Shown here in pieces: positions 1 through 12,304 of a DNA stretch of 64,000 bases. Below the pieces are notes generated by a model. It saw nothing but the letters and a program-made list of their open reading frames with translations. It made no database searches and was not told the origin of the DNA. The DNA comes from Eledone cirrhosa (Eukaryota). The position numbers and the translations under genes were made by a program. How positions within the stretch are numbered: position 1 is the stretch's first letter; each line of letters begins with the position of its first letter. Where the stretch lies: assembly GCA_964016885.1 (NCBI GenBank), contig OZ024742.1:277078001-277142000 (forward strand), written 5' to 3'.

Positions 1-856
1 TTGTAATCAATGGTTAATCAATTGTAAGGCAATCAATACTGCTGCAACAATACTTCAATAGTACCTCAATCAATAAGAATTCAATGACATTACAATTAGG
101 GGTGATAAATTATACTGTAATCAAACTGCAATGGTACTCCAACCAGACTGCAATACTACTGCTGACCATTATAACTTGTCAGAGCAGTACTGAAGGGTGA
201 AGGCAAGTGAGTTGAGAAACTAACTGGACATTAGTGAGTCAGCTGGTATGGGACATGTAGTATGGACAGACAAGAGGTGGGAGGATGAAGACTAAGGAAG
301 ACATTGAAAGAAACAATTTCAACTCAATTTATTTTGTTTATGTCATTCAGCCACATCCATACATACTTGAATTATTTTATTCCATGCTATTGGTTTATTT
401 GAGTTATTTTCTTTTGCTAATTTTTTTTTCTTTAAACACACATATATCATCATTGCATTGCCCAGTCTAGGAATCGAACTCACAACCTCACGATTGTGAA
501 TCCAATTCTCTAACCACTCAGCCATGCACCTTCAGTAAAGTTCGATTCCCGGACCGGGCAATGTGTTATCTCCTTGAGAAAGACACTTTATTTCACATTC
601 ATTCTTCTGCCAGGATTTGCAATTGGTAGATAGTATTAGATTGTTTCCTCAGTCTGATTTGATGAGCTTTACCCCACTCTTTAAGTGAAGGAGGTCTGGG
701 ATCTTGTCAATCATAATTAATTTGGCAGAGTCAGTAGAGCAGTGGATATTTATTCAATGTTTCTCCATTCTGAGTTCAAATCCCATTGAGCTCCACTTTA
801 CCTTTATATATATATATAAATATATATAAATATATAAATATATATATATAAATATA

Positions 857-1663
857 TCATCATCATCACCGTTTTACGTCTGTTCTTCCACACTAGCATG
901 GGTTAGACGGGTTGTCCTGTTGTGGGCAGTGTCCGGTCGGCTGACCTTGTCTTGCTCATATGGGAACTGATTCTGGCTTGATTTTTACAGTTGGATGTCC
1001 TTCCTAACACCAACCTCATTTATAGTGAGTGCTGGGTGCTTTTTTTCCGTGGCGCCTGCACGTGGGAGGGTGTGGGGGCATATTGTCTATATGCTTCAGC
1101 TTCGGCTTGTACCCGTGGGGGGGTCGGGTTTTCTGTATTACTGCATGACACCAGAAGTCACGGTCGTGTGTCATCGCCTTTGAGAGGTGTAATTGGGTAA
1201 GGTCGGCTTTTATCACCTCATCCCAGGACTTCTTGGGTCTCCCCACTCCGCGGTTTCCATCGACTTCTAGTGCTCTGCACCTTTTTATGCAGCTGTCATC
1301 CTTCATTCGCATCACATGTCCATACCAACACAACCGCCTCTCCTGCACACAGCATTTGATTCCTCTTATACTCAGTCTCTCTCTCAATTCATTTATGCTT
1401 TGCCATTCGCGTATATTACTATTACACATGCAAGTCTTCCACAGTCAGCGCTCAAGTCTCACTACCATGTAACATTGCTGTTCGTATACACGCATCATAC
1501 AGTCTGCCTTTCATTTTGAGGGAAAAGCCTTTTGTAGCTAGCAGTGGCAGTAGCTCACTGAACTTCTTCCATCTCGTTCTTACCCTAGTTATTGTACTTT
1601 CCAAAGACCCACCTCCGCTGCTAATTCGGTCACCTAGGTAGCAGAAGCTGTCTACTGTTTCTA
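857..1663 (-). mobile_element. 5'-truncated RTE-clade LINE (C-terminal ORF remnant, 3'UTR and (ATG)n tail)
   Basis: ORF 1016-1429 reads ...ERRLCWYGHVMRM...GRPKKSW, the RTE C-terminus. The 3'UTR is shared with other copies and a (CAT)n tract lies at ~857. Confidence 0.85.
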
Positions 1664-2246
1664 AGTGATTCTATTAGTAGAAATGGGGGAGGGAGTTGTG
1701 TGTGTGGGGGTGGGGTGGGTGTTATGTGTATGGGTGTTATGTGTGTGTGGGAGTATGGTTAGCATGTTAAGATAAAGAGAATATATATTTGTGTGTGTGT
1801 GTGTGTGTAGGAAAATGATTCCGTTAGTAGGAATATTTTTGAATGAACAAATTTTCCTTACTTATTCGTATTTGTTCTGTTGTATTGTCAGCACAAACGT
1901 ATGTTAAGGTTTATTTAGTTCGGGCTTTTATTTTCTAAAGTAGAAGGTGTTATGTGTGTGTGTATGTGTCTGTTTGGATGGTTAGCATGTTATGGTGTTG
2001 AGTCACTTTTTCGTTTCGAGCCACTTTTTTCCATATAAAACAAGTAACATTCAGAGACCAACCAGATGTGAGAAAAACCACAGACCCTCCATCTCAACTC
2101 TACTTTTGAAAAGCAGAAGAACTGCGAAACCGGTAAAGGAACCAAATATATATATATATATTTTTAAAAATAAGACTCCAGTTGCCTTTTTGATTTCATC
2201 TTTTTTTCTATATATATATATATATATAGTGCTTCTTGTGGTTTTG

Positions 2247-2291
2247 ATTGCCCTGATGAGTCCTTAATAGGACGAAACATTGTTGGCTAAT
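2247..2291 (+). ncRNA. Minimal type I hammerhead ribozyme motif
   Basis: attgcc CTGATGA GTCC-ttaata-GGAC GAAAC att GTT ggctaat: intact core, 4-bp stem II, very short stem III, GUU site, AATAAA immediately after. Confidence 0.75.
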
Positions 2292-2504
2292 AAAGACTTT
2301 TGATGTATTGAAGGCTTCTTTGTTTTATTTTCATAATTCTTCGGCTCTGTTTAATTACATTGAGCTATACCTTTTACTGTCATTTCTATAATACGAAGAG
2401 GGTGTTTAACTCCAACACGCTCCAGTATTTTAATCCTTATATATATATATATAAATATATATAAATTTATAAATATATATAAATTTATAAATATATATAT
2501 ATAT

Positions 2505-3015
2505 ATGTGTGTCCTATATGTAATTAATACACATAGGGATACAAGTATAGTCCGTATGCCAGTGTGGTTCAATAGCAAGTTAATAAATTAACAAGCCAGA
2601 ACATATAAAATCAAGGGAGTGTAAACACAGAAAATATCTTTAAAAATAATAATAAATAATTAAATTCCAAAAAATTCACTGTACTTACTATATGTGCCCT
2701 TACCGTGGTTTCACATCCCAAATAAATAGACAATCCAAGTGGATTTCCATTGAGAAAGAGATCATTGTCAGAAGGCTTTTCGCTCTCGGAGAATATAAAA
2801 TTCCCGAGTTCAAATTACAAACTGGCGCCATACGAAACTGCCTCAGAATGAATCAGTTATGGTTAGGAACGCGTGCAAAGGCGAAAGCACGTTGGACAGG
2901 TCAATCTAATGCTACTAAAAATAGCAGCTATACGAACGACCGAAGGTATCTCTACCATTGGGGAGAATAATAATAAAAGTATGTGTCCTATATGTAATTA
3001 ATACATACAGGGATA
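2505..3015 (-). mobile_element. Non-autonomous Penelope-like/retrozyme-like unit with decayed hammerhead
   Basis: ~35-bp direct repeat at ~2507 and ~2981 (period ~474). Shares ctactaaaaatagcagcta and GAAAC..GTA agggca (minus strand) with the 28.5-29.3 kb element. Confidence 0.5.
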
Positions 3016-3574
3016 TTATGTGTTGTTTCACATTGCTCCAGTTTACTCAGCTGTAGAAATGAGATGATAGGACTGGGGTCCCTATCATTCCACTGCAAAG
3101 TGGTCGTGGAGATGCCACGGCAAAAAAGCACCCAGCCCACACTGTAAATTGGACGTGTAGGCGCCACGGAAAAAAAGCCCCCAGCACTCACTGCAAATGA
3201 GGTTGGTGTTAGGAAGGGCATCCAGCTGTAGAAATCAAGCCAGAATCAGTTCACATCCCATCCTTGCAAGCAAGGCAAAGCGGACGTAAAATGATGATGA
3301 TGATGACATATATATAAATATATATATATATAAATATAGAGTTAGGAACTCAAAATAGTCTTTTACAATAAAATAAGAGACTATTTTCAGTTCCTAACTC
3401 AATATATACCTTTGATATATTCGGTTCCGTTAATTTGTTGAGCTATTTCAAATGTCGAGTAAACCTGGCTGCTATTTTTAGTAGTGTAGGTTTGTGAGAC
3501 ACGCTAGGATGCCATGTGCGCTATTTTATATATTTTATATATAGCATACTTAGATGTTTCTAGGATACTAATTC

Positions 3575-3649
3575 ATCACCCACTGATGAGCTTGGATTGG
3601 TATTTCTATTCACAATTAACTTTGCGAAACAACAAGTTGTCTGGGTAAT
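3575..3649 (+). ncRNA. Type I hammerhead ribozyme motif
   Basis: accca CTGATGA GC...GC GAAAC aac-aa-gtt GTC tgggt: 5-bp stem I, 5-bp stem III, GUC site at 3639-3641. Stem II is only 2 bp plus a large loop. Confidence 0.65.
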
Positions 3650-4474
3650 TGGTAGTTACCACAATTCCAGTTTGTATTTATTTTCTTAATTTTTTCTTAA
3701 ATTGAGACAAGCGAACCCAATTGTCTATAGTTAGTATTCTTTTCATCTTAGCGATTCAGGTCCCTTACGATTTGAACACATATATCTATATATCTGTTCA
3801 TTTTTCTTTTATATTCTATTATAATTATATATATATATATATAAGTTAAAACAATGAAATAAAAAATCAAGTCTTTAGAGATATACTTCACTGCTTTACG
3901 ATCGTTTCTAGATGGTAATAATACATTGTATCTATACTCAGTTATTGATCTATGTAAGTTTACAAACTATCAGATAGAGAGAATATTTACTTACATGCAT
4001 ATCACCAGCTGTTTTCAAAAGCAATAATAATTTTATTCAATAATAATTTTACTCAGAATTGATCATAGTCTGTAATCACCGCATACGAAAAACATTTAAA
4101 TACTATAAACCTAATTAAATATTCTAAATAGCAACTCACTATAATTCTATATAGCGTAACATTTATTAGTACCTCTTTCCCCTAATTATATGCTTTCATA
4201 TTTATTTTTGCCTTTTAATGTTTTAGCTTCCTTAGATTTATGCGTTAATGACTAAAGGCAACAAGATACCCAGCCACCCGTAATTGCATGAGTAAAAATA
4301 AACATCTATGTATGATATGGAAATATATTTATGTGTGTGTATATTTGTGTATATATATATATAGATATATATATATATATATGTGTGTATGTATATATGT
4401 TTATGTATGTGTATATATGTATATGCTTGTGTATGTATGTGTGTATGTGTATTTATGTGTATATGTATGTATAT

Positions 4475-5062
4475 ACTGGTAACATGTATGCCAGTACAAC
4501 CTGTCTCATGGTCGGGTCGTTGGCGACTAAACTGGCAACCCCACCAAGGTTTCTTGGTGAGGAGGGTGACTTTAGACATCCTGCAGGACTAAAAACAAAA
4601 CCTGTCAAAGGGCAAAGGAGCTCTTAAGAGTCAATGGCCATCCAAAATCACCGGGAGAGATGACCCCTTAGCCTTTATCAAGGCAGAATTCTAGGAGAAG
4701 GAAAACTCTGATATAACACCTGCAACTCTGATGGTATCCAATGATGTTGACTTATTCTTCTTTTTGGTAAATATCATCTTGGTTAAGAGAGTGGGACTGG
4801 CTTTGTGCAGTGCCTTTGCTCACTATAAAAGCTTCACGGCACAGGCATTGCTTTATATCTGGAGATCTCTCTGCACTTGTCATCACATGGTACCATGGGC
4901 CCAGCACTATGTGTCAATAATTGTCACAGGTGTAGTGTTTGTACCAGAGTTTTCAAGTCGCTGGCTGGACTAAAAAGGCACACTCATTCAGCGCATCGGT
5001 AGGGGTTCTCCTACATGGATATAAAGTAGTGGTCGTACTTGAAAATGAGTTGACAGCCACCA
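4475..5062 (+). mobile_element. ~600-bp non-autonomous RTE/BovB-related retroposon (copy 1 of 3)
   Basis: Near-identical to 15060-15665 and 22410-22872. Carries the CTAGGAGAAGGAAAACTCTGA motif I recognise from RTE 5'UTRs and ends in a microsatellite. Confidence 0.65.
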
Positions 5063-5090
5063 TATATATGTATATATATATATATATGTG

Positions 5091-5137
<47 letters not shown>

Positions 5138-5244
5138 ATATGTGAGTATAGGTGTATGAATGTTTATATATGAGTATGTGCACATGTAAGAGGAGTAAGT
5201 GTGTATATATATATGTGTATGTGTGTGTTGTATATGTATATATA

Positions 5245-5560
5245 TCATCATCATCATCATCATCATCATCACCGTTTTACGTCCGTTCTTCCATGCTGGC
5301 ATGGGTTAGACGGGTTGTCCTGTTGTGGGCAGTGTCTGGTCGGCTGACCATGCCTTGCTCATATAGGAACTGATTTTGGCTTGATTTCTACAGCTGGATG
5401 CCCTTCCTAACACCAACCTCATTTACAGTGAGTGCTGGGTGCTTTTTTGCCGTGGCACCTCCACGACCACCTTGCAGTGGGAGAGTGTGGGGGCATATTG
5501 TCTATATGCTTCAGCTTGTACCTGTGGGAGGTCGGGTACTCTGTATTACTGCGTGACGCA
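5245..5560 (-). mobile_element. RTE 3'UTR-only fragment
   Basis: Matches the 3'UTR of the 29.3 and 37 kb RTE copies; (CAT)n tail. Confidence 0.8.
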
Positions 5561-5809
5561 GTTATTGAAGAGATAAGACACTCTACTCTGAAAGGCTAAA
5601 ATGAATCACTAGAGCTGTTTAGCTACGTTCCAGCCATCCATCCATACAAATCTTGTCATGTATCCCTATTTCCCCAATTGCAAATGTTCTGCTCGCAACT
5701 ATTGCTGTATTTATCACTTCGCTAGCTACCACAACACATTTATTTTGTTACCCTCATTTTCTCTACCATGCTGCCTCTCTATCTGTCTATTTTTCCATCA
5801 AAGGCTACA

Positions 5810-6002
5810 GGCCATGGTGGATTGGCAGTATCGGTAGAGGATCGGACGCCATGCTTTCCAGCATAGATACGTCCCTTTAAGATCTGAGTTCAAATCCCGC
5901 CGAGGTTGACTTTGCCTTTCATCCTTACGGGGTCGATAAAATAAAGTACCAGTAATGCACTGGGTAATTGCTGGCACTGTGCCTAAAGTAGAAACAATTA
6001 TT
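5810..6002 (+). mobile_element. tRNA-derived SINE (family B)
   Basis: A-box-like ggattggcagtatcggtag, B-box gagttcaaatcc, conserved body gcctttcatccttacggggtcgataaaataaagtaccag. Related copies at 27.9, 57.9, 17.1 and 63.4 kb. Confidence 0.75.
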
Positions 6003-6150
6003 ATTGTAGCTGTATTCATTTCTATCGGTTATCATGCCATGCTGTATTCTATCGGTTATTTTGATAGCCATGAGGGCGACCATCTCTCTATGATGGCTAC
6101 CCCCCTCTCTCTCTATCTCTAAGCCACCTATTACCTCCCATTCCTCCTCA

Positions 6151-6214
<64 letters not shown>

Positions 6215-7386
6215 GTGTATATATGTATGTGTGTGTGTATATGTATGTACATGTATATATGTATGTATGAGTGTGTGTGTGTGTGTATATATATATATGT
6301 ATGTGTGTGTATATGTATATATGGGAGTATAGATGTGTATGTGTGAATATAGATATGTATGGATATGTATATATATGATTATGTGCATGCGCGTGGATGT
6401 GTATTTAGGTTTGCATCTACTTGCACGTATGTATATTTTGGTTAGATATCAATATAACTGTACCTCTCTCTATATGTAGTGTGAATATATGCACTTTGTA
6501 GACTATGAAATTTATGTGTTTTAACTATGCCAACATGTACTTATCTGAGTTTGATTGTTTATGCATAAATATACTTAGTAATATTTTAGAGCGTATAATA
6601 TGTTATATTATACTGAGTGCAATTTACCACACCGTACTATATTGTGTTGGTTAAGTTGTATATTATCGCATTACTATATCTCATTATCTTATTATAATTT
6701 TCATCTTTTAATATACTATCTTTCCTAGCCATAACATTAATTTATATTCACCTTAAAACTCAATACAACACTAATCACCATTTATTTTGACATTCCTTTT
6801 AAATTCACTATACAAGATACATTCAAACATCAGTTTGACAATTCCCTTCCTTCCTAATAGATGCCATTTCTACTAACACCTTTCAACCATTCCTTTCGAA
6901 GGGTCATGACCTCAACTAAAGTGTATTACTTTTCATCTTAACACCATATGAAAAAAACAATTTGATTCAATAGTTTTTCAACAATAGTTCTTCAACTACC
7001 TCCAAATATGGACATGATACTAATTCTGAGTAAAATTATTATTGAATAAAATTATTATTGCTTTTGAAAACAGCTGGTGATATGCATGTATGTAAATATT
7101 CTCTCTATCTGATAGTTTGTAAACTTACATAGATCAATAACTGAGTATAGATACAATGTATTATTACCATCTAGAAACGATCGTAAAGCAGTGAAGTATA
7201 TCTCTAATGACTTGATTTTTTATTTCATTGTTTTAACTTATATCATGACTCTGTTTTCCTTTTAAGGTTTTATTGTTTTCTGAGATTTATCTTAACCTAC
7301 AACATTTTCAACATATGGATTACATCGAGTTCTTCATGCAGAATAGACCCCACAACTTACAGTGGATACCTCTGTGTGTATATACG

Positions 7387-8426
7387 GTCTTCTGGTGCAA
7401 TAAGTAGCAGCAAGTGCCCACAGAATACTAGCTCATTCCATTGCACAGATGGTTCTATAGAAAGAGTGGACACCTTCCGTTACCTGGGTGACAAAATCAG
7501 CAGTGGGGGAGGGTGCTCTGAAAGTACAGTAGCTAGAGTCAGAACTGGATGGAAAAAGTTCAGAAAGCTTATACCACTATTAGCCGCTAAAGGGTTCTCT
7601 CTAAAAATGAAAGGCAGGCTGTATGATGCCTGCATATGAACAGCAATGTTACATGGCAGTGAGACCTGGGCATTTTGTGCAGAGGATATACGCAGACAGG
7701 AGAGAAACACAGCTTGCATGCTCCGCTGGATGTGTAATAGTAATATATGTGAACGGCAAAGCATAAACGAACTAAGTGAGAAATTAGGAATAAGAGGGAT
7801 CAGATGTTGTTTACTCGAGAGAAGACTACGTTGGTATGGTCACGTGATGCGCATGAAAGACGACAGCTGTGTAAAAAAATGCAGGGCGATAAAAATAGAC
7901 GCTAGCCACGGAGTAGGCAGACCCAGAAAAACCTGGGACGACTTGTTAAATTCCGACATCACACACTTACACCTCTCCAAGACAATGTCACTGGACCGAG
8001 ATCTTTGGCGCTACACAGTCATACAGAAGACCCGCCTTGCCTAAGTACAAAGCGAAACCTACAGTCAGTAGGCACCTCTAACAAAAATACACCCCCGTCC
8101 CACGACCCCCACCCCATCCACACCACCCCTTTCAATGTAAAGTTATTTTGGTACCACAACATCCAGTCTGAAACAAATGAGGTCGTGAAGGTGTCACGAC
8201 AAAAAAAAAAACACAGTCCACGCTGTAATGTGGCCGTGTAGGTAACACGGTAAAAACCTCCCAGTCCACACTGTAAACGTGGTTGGTGTTAGGAAGGGCA
8301 TCCAGCCGTAGAAACCCCGCCAAACAGTCCTATGCGAGCAAGACAACCACTCTTGCCTCAAGTGGGAAAACTCTCGTCCAAACCCATGCAACCGTGGAAG
8401 ATGGACGTTAAACGATGATGATGATG

Positions 8427-8428
<2 letters not shown>
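7387..8428 (+). mobile_element. 5'-truncated RTE LINE
   Basis: ORFs 7376-7639 and 7646-8044 (FRYLGD, LHGSETW, LRWYGHVMRM, GRPRKTW) are split by a premature stop; 3'UTR and (ATG)n tail follow. Confidence 0.9.
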
Positions 8429-8477
<49 letters not shown>

Positions 8478-8532
8478 ACAATATATTTATATATATATAT
8501 ATATATAACAATATAAATATATGTATATACAT

Positions 8533-8868
8533 GGAGGCACATGGCTTAGTGGTTAGAGCATTGGCCTTGCAATCGAAAGGTTGTGAGTTCAATTCTCAGA
8601 CCGGGTGATGTGTTGTTTCCTTGAGCAAGGCACTTTATTTCATGTTGCTCCAGTTTACTCAGCTGTAGAAATGAGATGATAGGGACTGGGGTCCATATCA
8701 TTCCACTGAAAAGTGGTCGTGTAGGCGCCACGGCAAAAAAGCACCCAGCACTCACTGTAAATGAGGTTGGTGTTAGGAAGGGCATCCAGCTGTAGAAATC
8801 AAGCCAGCATCAGTTCCCGTCCCACCCTTGCAAGCAGGGAAAAGTGGACGTAAAATGAAATGATGATA
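8533..8868 (+). mobile_element. tRNA-derived SINE (family A) with RTE-derived 3' tail
   Basis: A box tggcttagtgg, B box gagttcaattc, central domain ccttgagcaaggcactttatttc; the 3' half matches the RTE 3'UTR. Twin copy at 56527-56871. Confidence 0.8.
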
Positions 8869-9303
8869 TATATAAATATATATATATATATAAATATATA
8901 TATATAAATATATATATATATAAATATATATATAAATATATAGTTAAAAGAATAGAGGTGTAACACACAAGTTATTATATATTGGTAAACGGAATAGAAA
9001 ATGCTGACAAATTGTTCACAGTTGAAAAATGGTTTAATTAGGAATAAAAGAGTATTAGTAATTGTATGGGTTAGTATTCAGTTGTGGTTTTAAGTTTTTA
9101 AGTTTTTACCGGTTGCGCATTTCTAAATGCTTTTCAAAAATAATTTTGAGATAGAGTGTCCGTGTTGTTTGCTCTGATCAGAGCAAACGACACGGACGCT
9201 CTATCTCAACAACACGGACACTCTAAAAAAACCACTTTTTCATAGAAAAAGCATATAACGATATGTGCTTTTACGATTCTCCAGAAAGGCCGGTAGATAG
9301 GTA

Positions 9304-9348
9304 AATATTGCTGATGAGTTGTAACAACAACGAAACTAGTTCAATATT
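9304..9348 (+). ncRNA. Minimal type I hammerhead ribozyme motif
   Basis: aatattg CTGATGA GTTGT-aaca-ACAAC GAAAC ta GTT caatatt: perfect 7-bp stem I, 5-bp stem II, palindromic ACTAGT stem III. Confidence 0.85.
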
Positions 9349-9684
9349 CCTTGTCTGGCTTTCTGGAGAATAGAGGAAAGGTGTTTCCTCAAAAACCAGT
9401 ATGACTCTAAAAACCGGTTTGTCTGTGTGTTTACATACAGAATAGCTGGATACTCACAGTAAAGTAACCAGTGAAAGACTTGGTACATCTACATATGTAT
9501 ACGTGTGTGTATTCATATGCATACTAGTATTTCAGTATACATATATGGATGTACATTTTTAACTTAATTGTTTAAGCGTCAGTCATACAAAAGTGAGTTA
9601 CAAACGAAACGAAATTTAATTTTGTTTCGTTATTTGTTTTTATATATATATATAATATAAATATATATATATATATGTTTACCA

Positions 9685-9745
<61 letters not shown>

Positions 9746-9797
9746 TAAATATATATATATATATATATACATATATAAATATATTATATATATATAT

Positions 9798-10161
9798 ATC
9801 ATCATCATCATCATCACCGTTTTACATCCATTCTTCCATGCTAGCATGGGTTAGACGGGTTGTCCTGTTGTGGGCAGTGTCTGGTCGGCTGACCATGCTT
9901 TGCTCATACAGGAACTGATTTTGGCTTGATTTCTACAGCTGGATGCCCTTCCTAACACCAACCTCATTTACAGTGAGTGCTGGGTGCTTTTTCCGTGGCG
10001 CCTACATGTCCACTTTACAGTGTGGGCTGGGTGCTTTTTTGCCATGGCACCTCCACGACCACCTTGCAGTGGGAGGATGTGGGGGCATATTGTCTATATG
10101 CTTCAGCTTGTACCCATGGGAGGTCGGGTACTCTGTATTACTGCGTGACGCCAGAGGTCAT
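9798..10161 (-). mobile_element. RTE 3'UTR fragment
   Basis: Same 3'UTR as the 37 kb copy; (CAT)n tail. Confidence 0.8.
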
Positions 10162-10589
10162 ATATAAATATATATAAATATATATACATATATAGTCCTA
10201 TACGAGCAATACAACCAATCTTGCCTCAAGTGGGAAAACTCCCGTCCAAACCCATGCAAGCGTGGAAGATGGACGTTAAACGATGATGATGATGATACAT
10301 ATATAAATACATATATATATATATATCAAGTCTAATATAGAAATGGCTTCTACACACTATAACTGATTCATTCAAAAGAAATCATCGGGAAAGGGCTTTT
10401 CTGATGATTTCTTTTGAATGAAACAGTTCTAGGGCTGTAGAAGCCTTGATGCTTACACTCTACTGATGAATTGAGTACTTTACTAACTGTGGTTACCCCC
10501 CGAAAGAACCTGGGACTCACAACCAAAAGAAGACATAACGGTGGTTCGTGAAGAGATTCTCTGGCAATGAGCAAAACATATGCAATGTT

Positions 10590-11055
10590 TTGCCCATAAA
10601 ATCTGTCCAGTGATTCTTTCCCGAGACATTCTAACCACATACCCATAGTATCGGAGCTGTGATCTCTCAATTTGGAGAAGTAGTGGCTCTATTTGGAGTG
10701 ACTCTCTGATCTCTGAGCTACGCACTTTATCGAGTATTACTCCCAAAGACCCTTCGGAGGAACCCCATTTTGGTCGCTTGTATTTGCGATCATATTCTTT
10801 CGGTCATTACCCAAGATTCATGACCATAGGTAAGGGTTGGCATGATAACCGAATTGAAGATAGCGAGTTTGGTTTTTATGCCTATCTCCCTTCTTTTGAT
10901 TACCGAATGCACATTACTGCACCAGCTTTTGCAATTGTTGCATTTAATTCAGCCTCCTGCCTTCTATCATTTGTGAATACGGCCTCGAGATACTTGAACT
11001 TCTCTTCCTGCTTCAGTGGAACTCCATTCACATGTAGCATGCACTGCGTAGGCTA
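10590..11055 (-). mobile_element. Fragment of a second RTE-like LINE family
   Basis: DKVRSSEIRESLQIEPLLLQIERSQLRYYGYVVRM; homologous to 59420-59960. Confidence 0.75.
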
Positions 11056-11540
11056 TGAGTTTCCGTTTCTTAAAGTGTTCCTCATAGATTATCTTTCAGG
11101 AATTCCCAATGCTCCTCTATATCGACTCTCTCTATTTGTTCTTGATAACAACATGCTGCTTTGTTCATCTCTGGATCAAAAACATAAACACACTTATTTT
11201 CTTCTCTGTTTTTTCTTTTCTTGTTTCCTTAAAGTTTACCATCATTCCGTTGGTATACATCTATGACACAATTTACACCTGAAGATGTCACCGGGTTCTT
11301 ACGCAACCTGGCCACTGAAATGTGTATAGTGTTTGCAGAAATAAATAATTAAGGCCAATATATTTGGCCTCCTGTAATTTCACTTTATAATACATTTGAC
11401 TCCGTTCCCGCACCACCAACATGATTCAACATCAAAGATGGATAAGTTGCATAACGTTGAGTGCTTTTCTCGTATTACATCATGGTTAACATTGCAGAAA
11501 GACCAATTCTACCCAGTGGTAAACCACCAAATTTAAACAC

Positions 11541-11625
<85 letters not shown>

Positions 11626-11972
11626 GTCTAACATCGATTTTCCATGCTAGCATAGGTTAGACGTGCTGTATGAGACAGCCAGGTCGGAGGACCGTATCTG
11701 CTTACACAGAACTGATTGTGGTTTGGTTTCTACGGCTGGATGCCTTTCCTAATGCCAACCACATTTGCAGTGTGTACTAAGTGCTTTCTGTCATTATACC
11801 TATATGACCACTTTAGAGTCTGACTCCTACATGACTGTTTTACTGTGTGGACTGGGTTCTTGATGTCATGACTCTTATATGACTGCTTTACAGGGTGGGC
11901 AGGACATTTTTTGTCGTGTCACCAACACGGCCACTTTACAGTATGGACTGGCCACTTATATATATATACAAG

Positions 11973-12022
<50 letters not shown>

Positions 12023-12024
<2 letters not shown>

Positions 12025-12174
12025 CAATATTAAATAAATGGAAAACTATATTTATAAAACCATATCTATTTCATTATATATATTTCGGGGATATCATATA
12101 TGATATCCCCGAAATATATATAATGAAATAGATATGGTTTTATAAATATAGTTTTCCATTTATTTAATATTGTA
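12023..12174. repeat. Perfect 152-bp palindrome (76-bp arms, no spacer)
   Basis: Centre between 12098 and 12099; the arms are exact reverse complements by eye. Confidence 0.95.
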
Positions 12175-12258
12175 AATATACTCCAAGTATTTGTCGAGTG
12201 CTTTTATATCAGTTATAAATATTTACTAGTTGTAACCCAACAATTTTAAATATAACTT

Positions 12259-12304
<46 letters not shown>

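Larger units (their letters stand above)
3839..7243. repeat. Near-identical ~220-bp inverted repeat pair (3839-4060 / 7022-7243)
   Basis: Direct reverse-complement match with about 2 mismatches. Contains GAAAC-gatc-GTA-aagca, a remnant hammerhead 3' half. Confidence 0.85.

Noticed and set aside
4238-6388. Numerous [12 protein letters not shown]-rich ORFs (also near 9.6, 12.2, 22.2 and 28.3 kb)
   Set aside because: They are translations of (TA)n, (CA)n and (TATG)n microsatellites, not genes.
8533-8605. tRNA gene (and similar heads at 5810, 22270, 27912, 38572, 57881)
   Set aside because: A and B boxes are present, but there is no complete cloverleaf and the sequence continues into SINE bodies.
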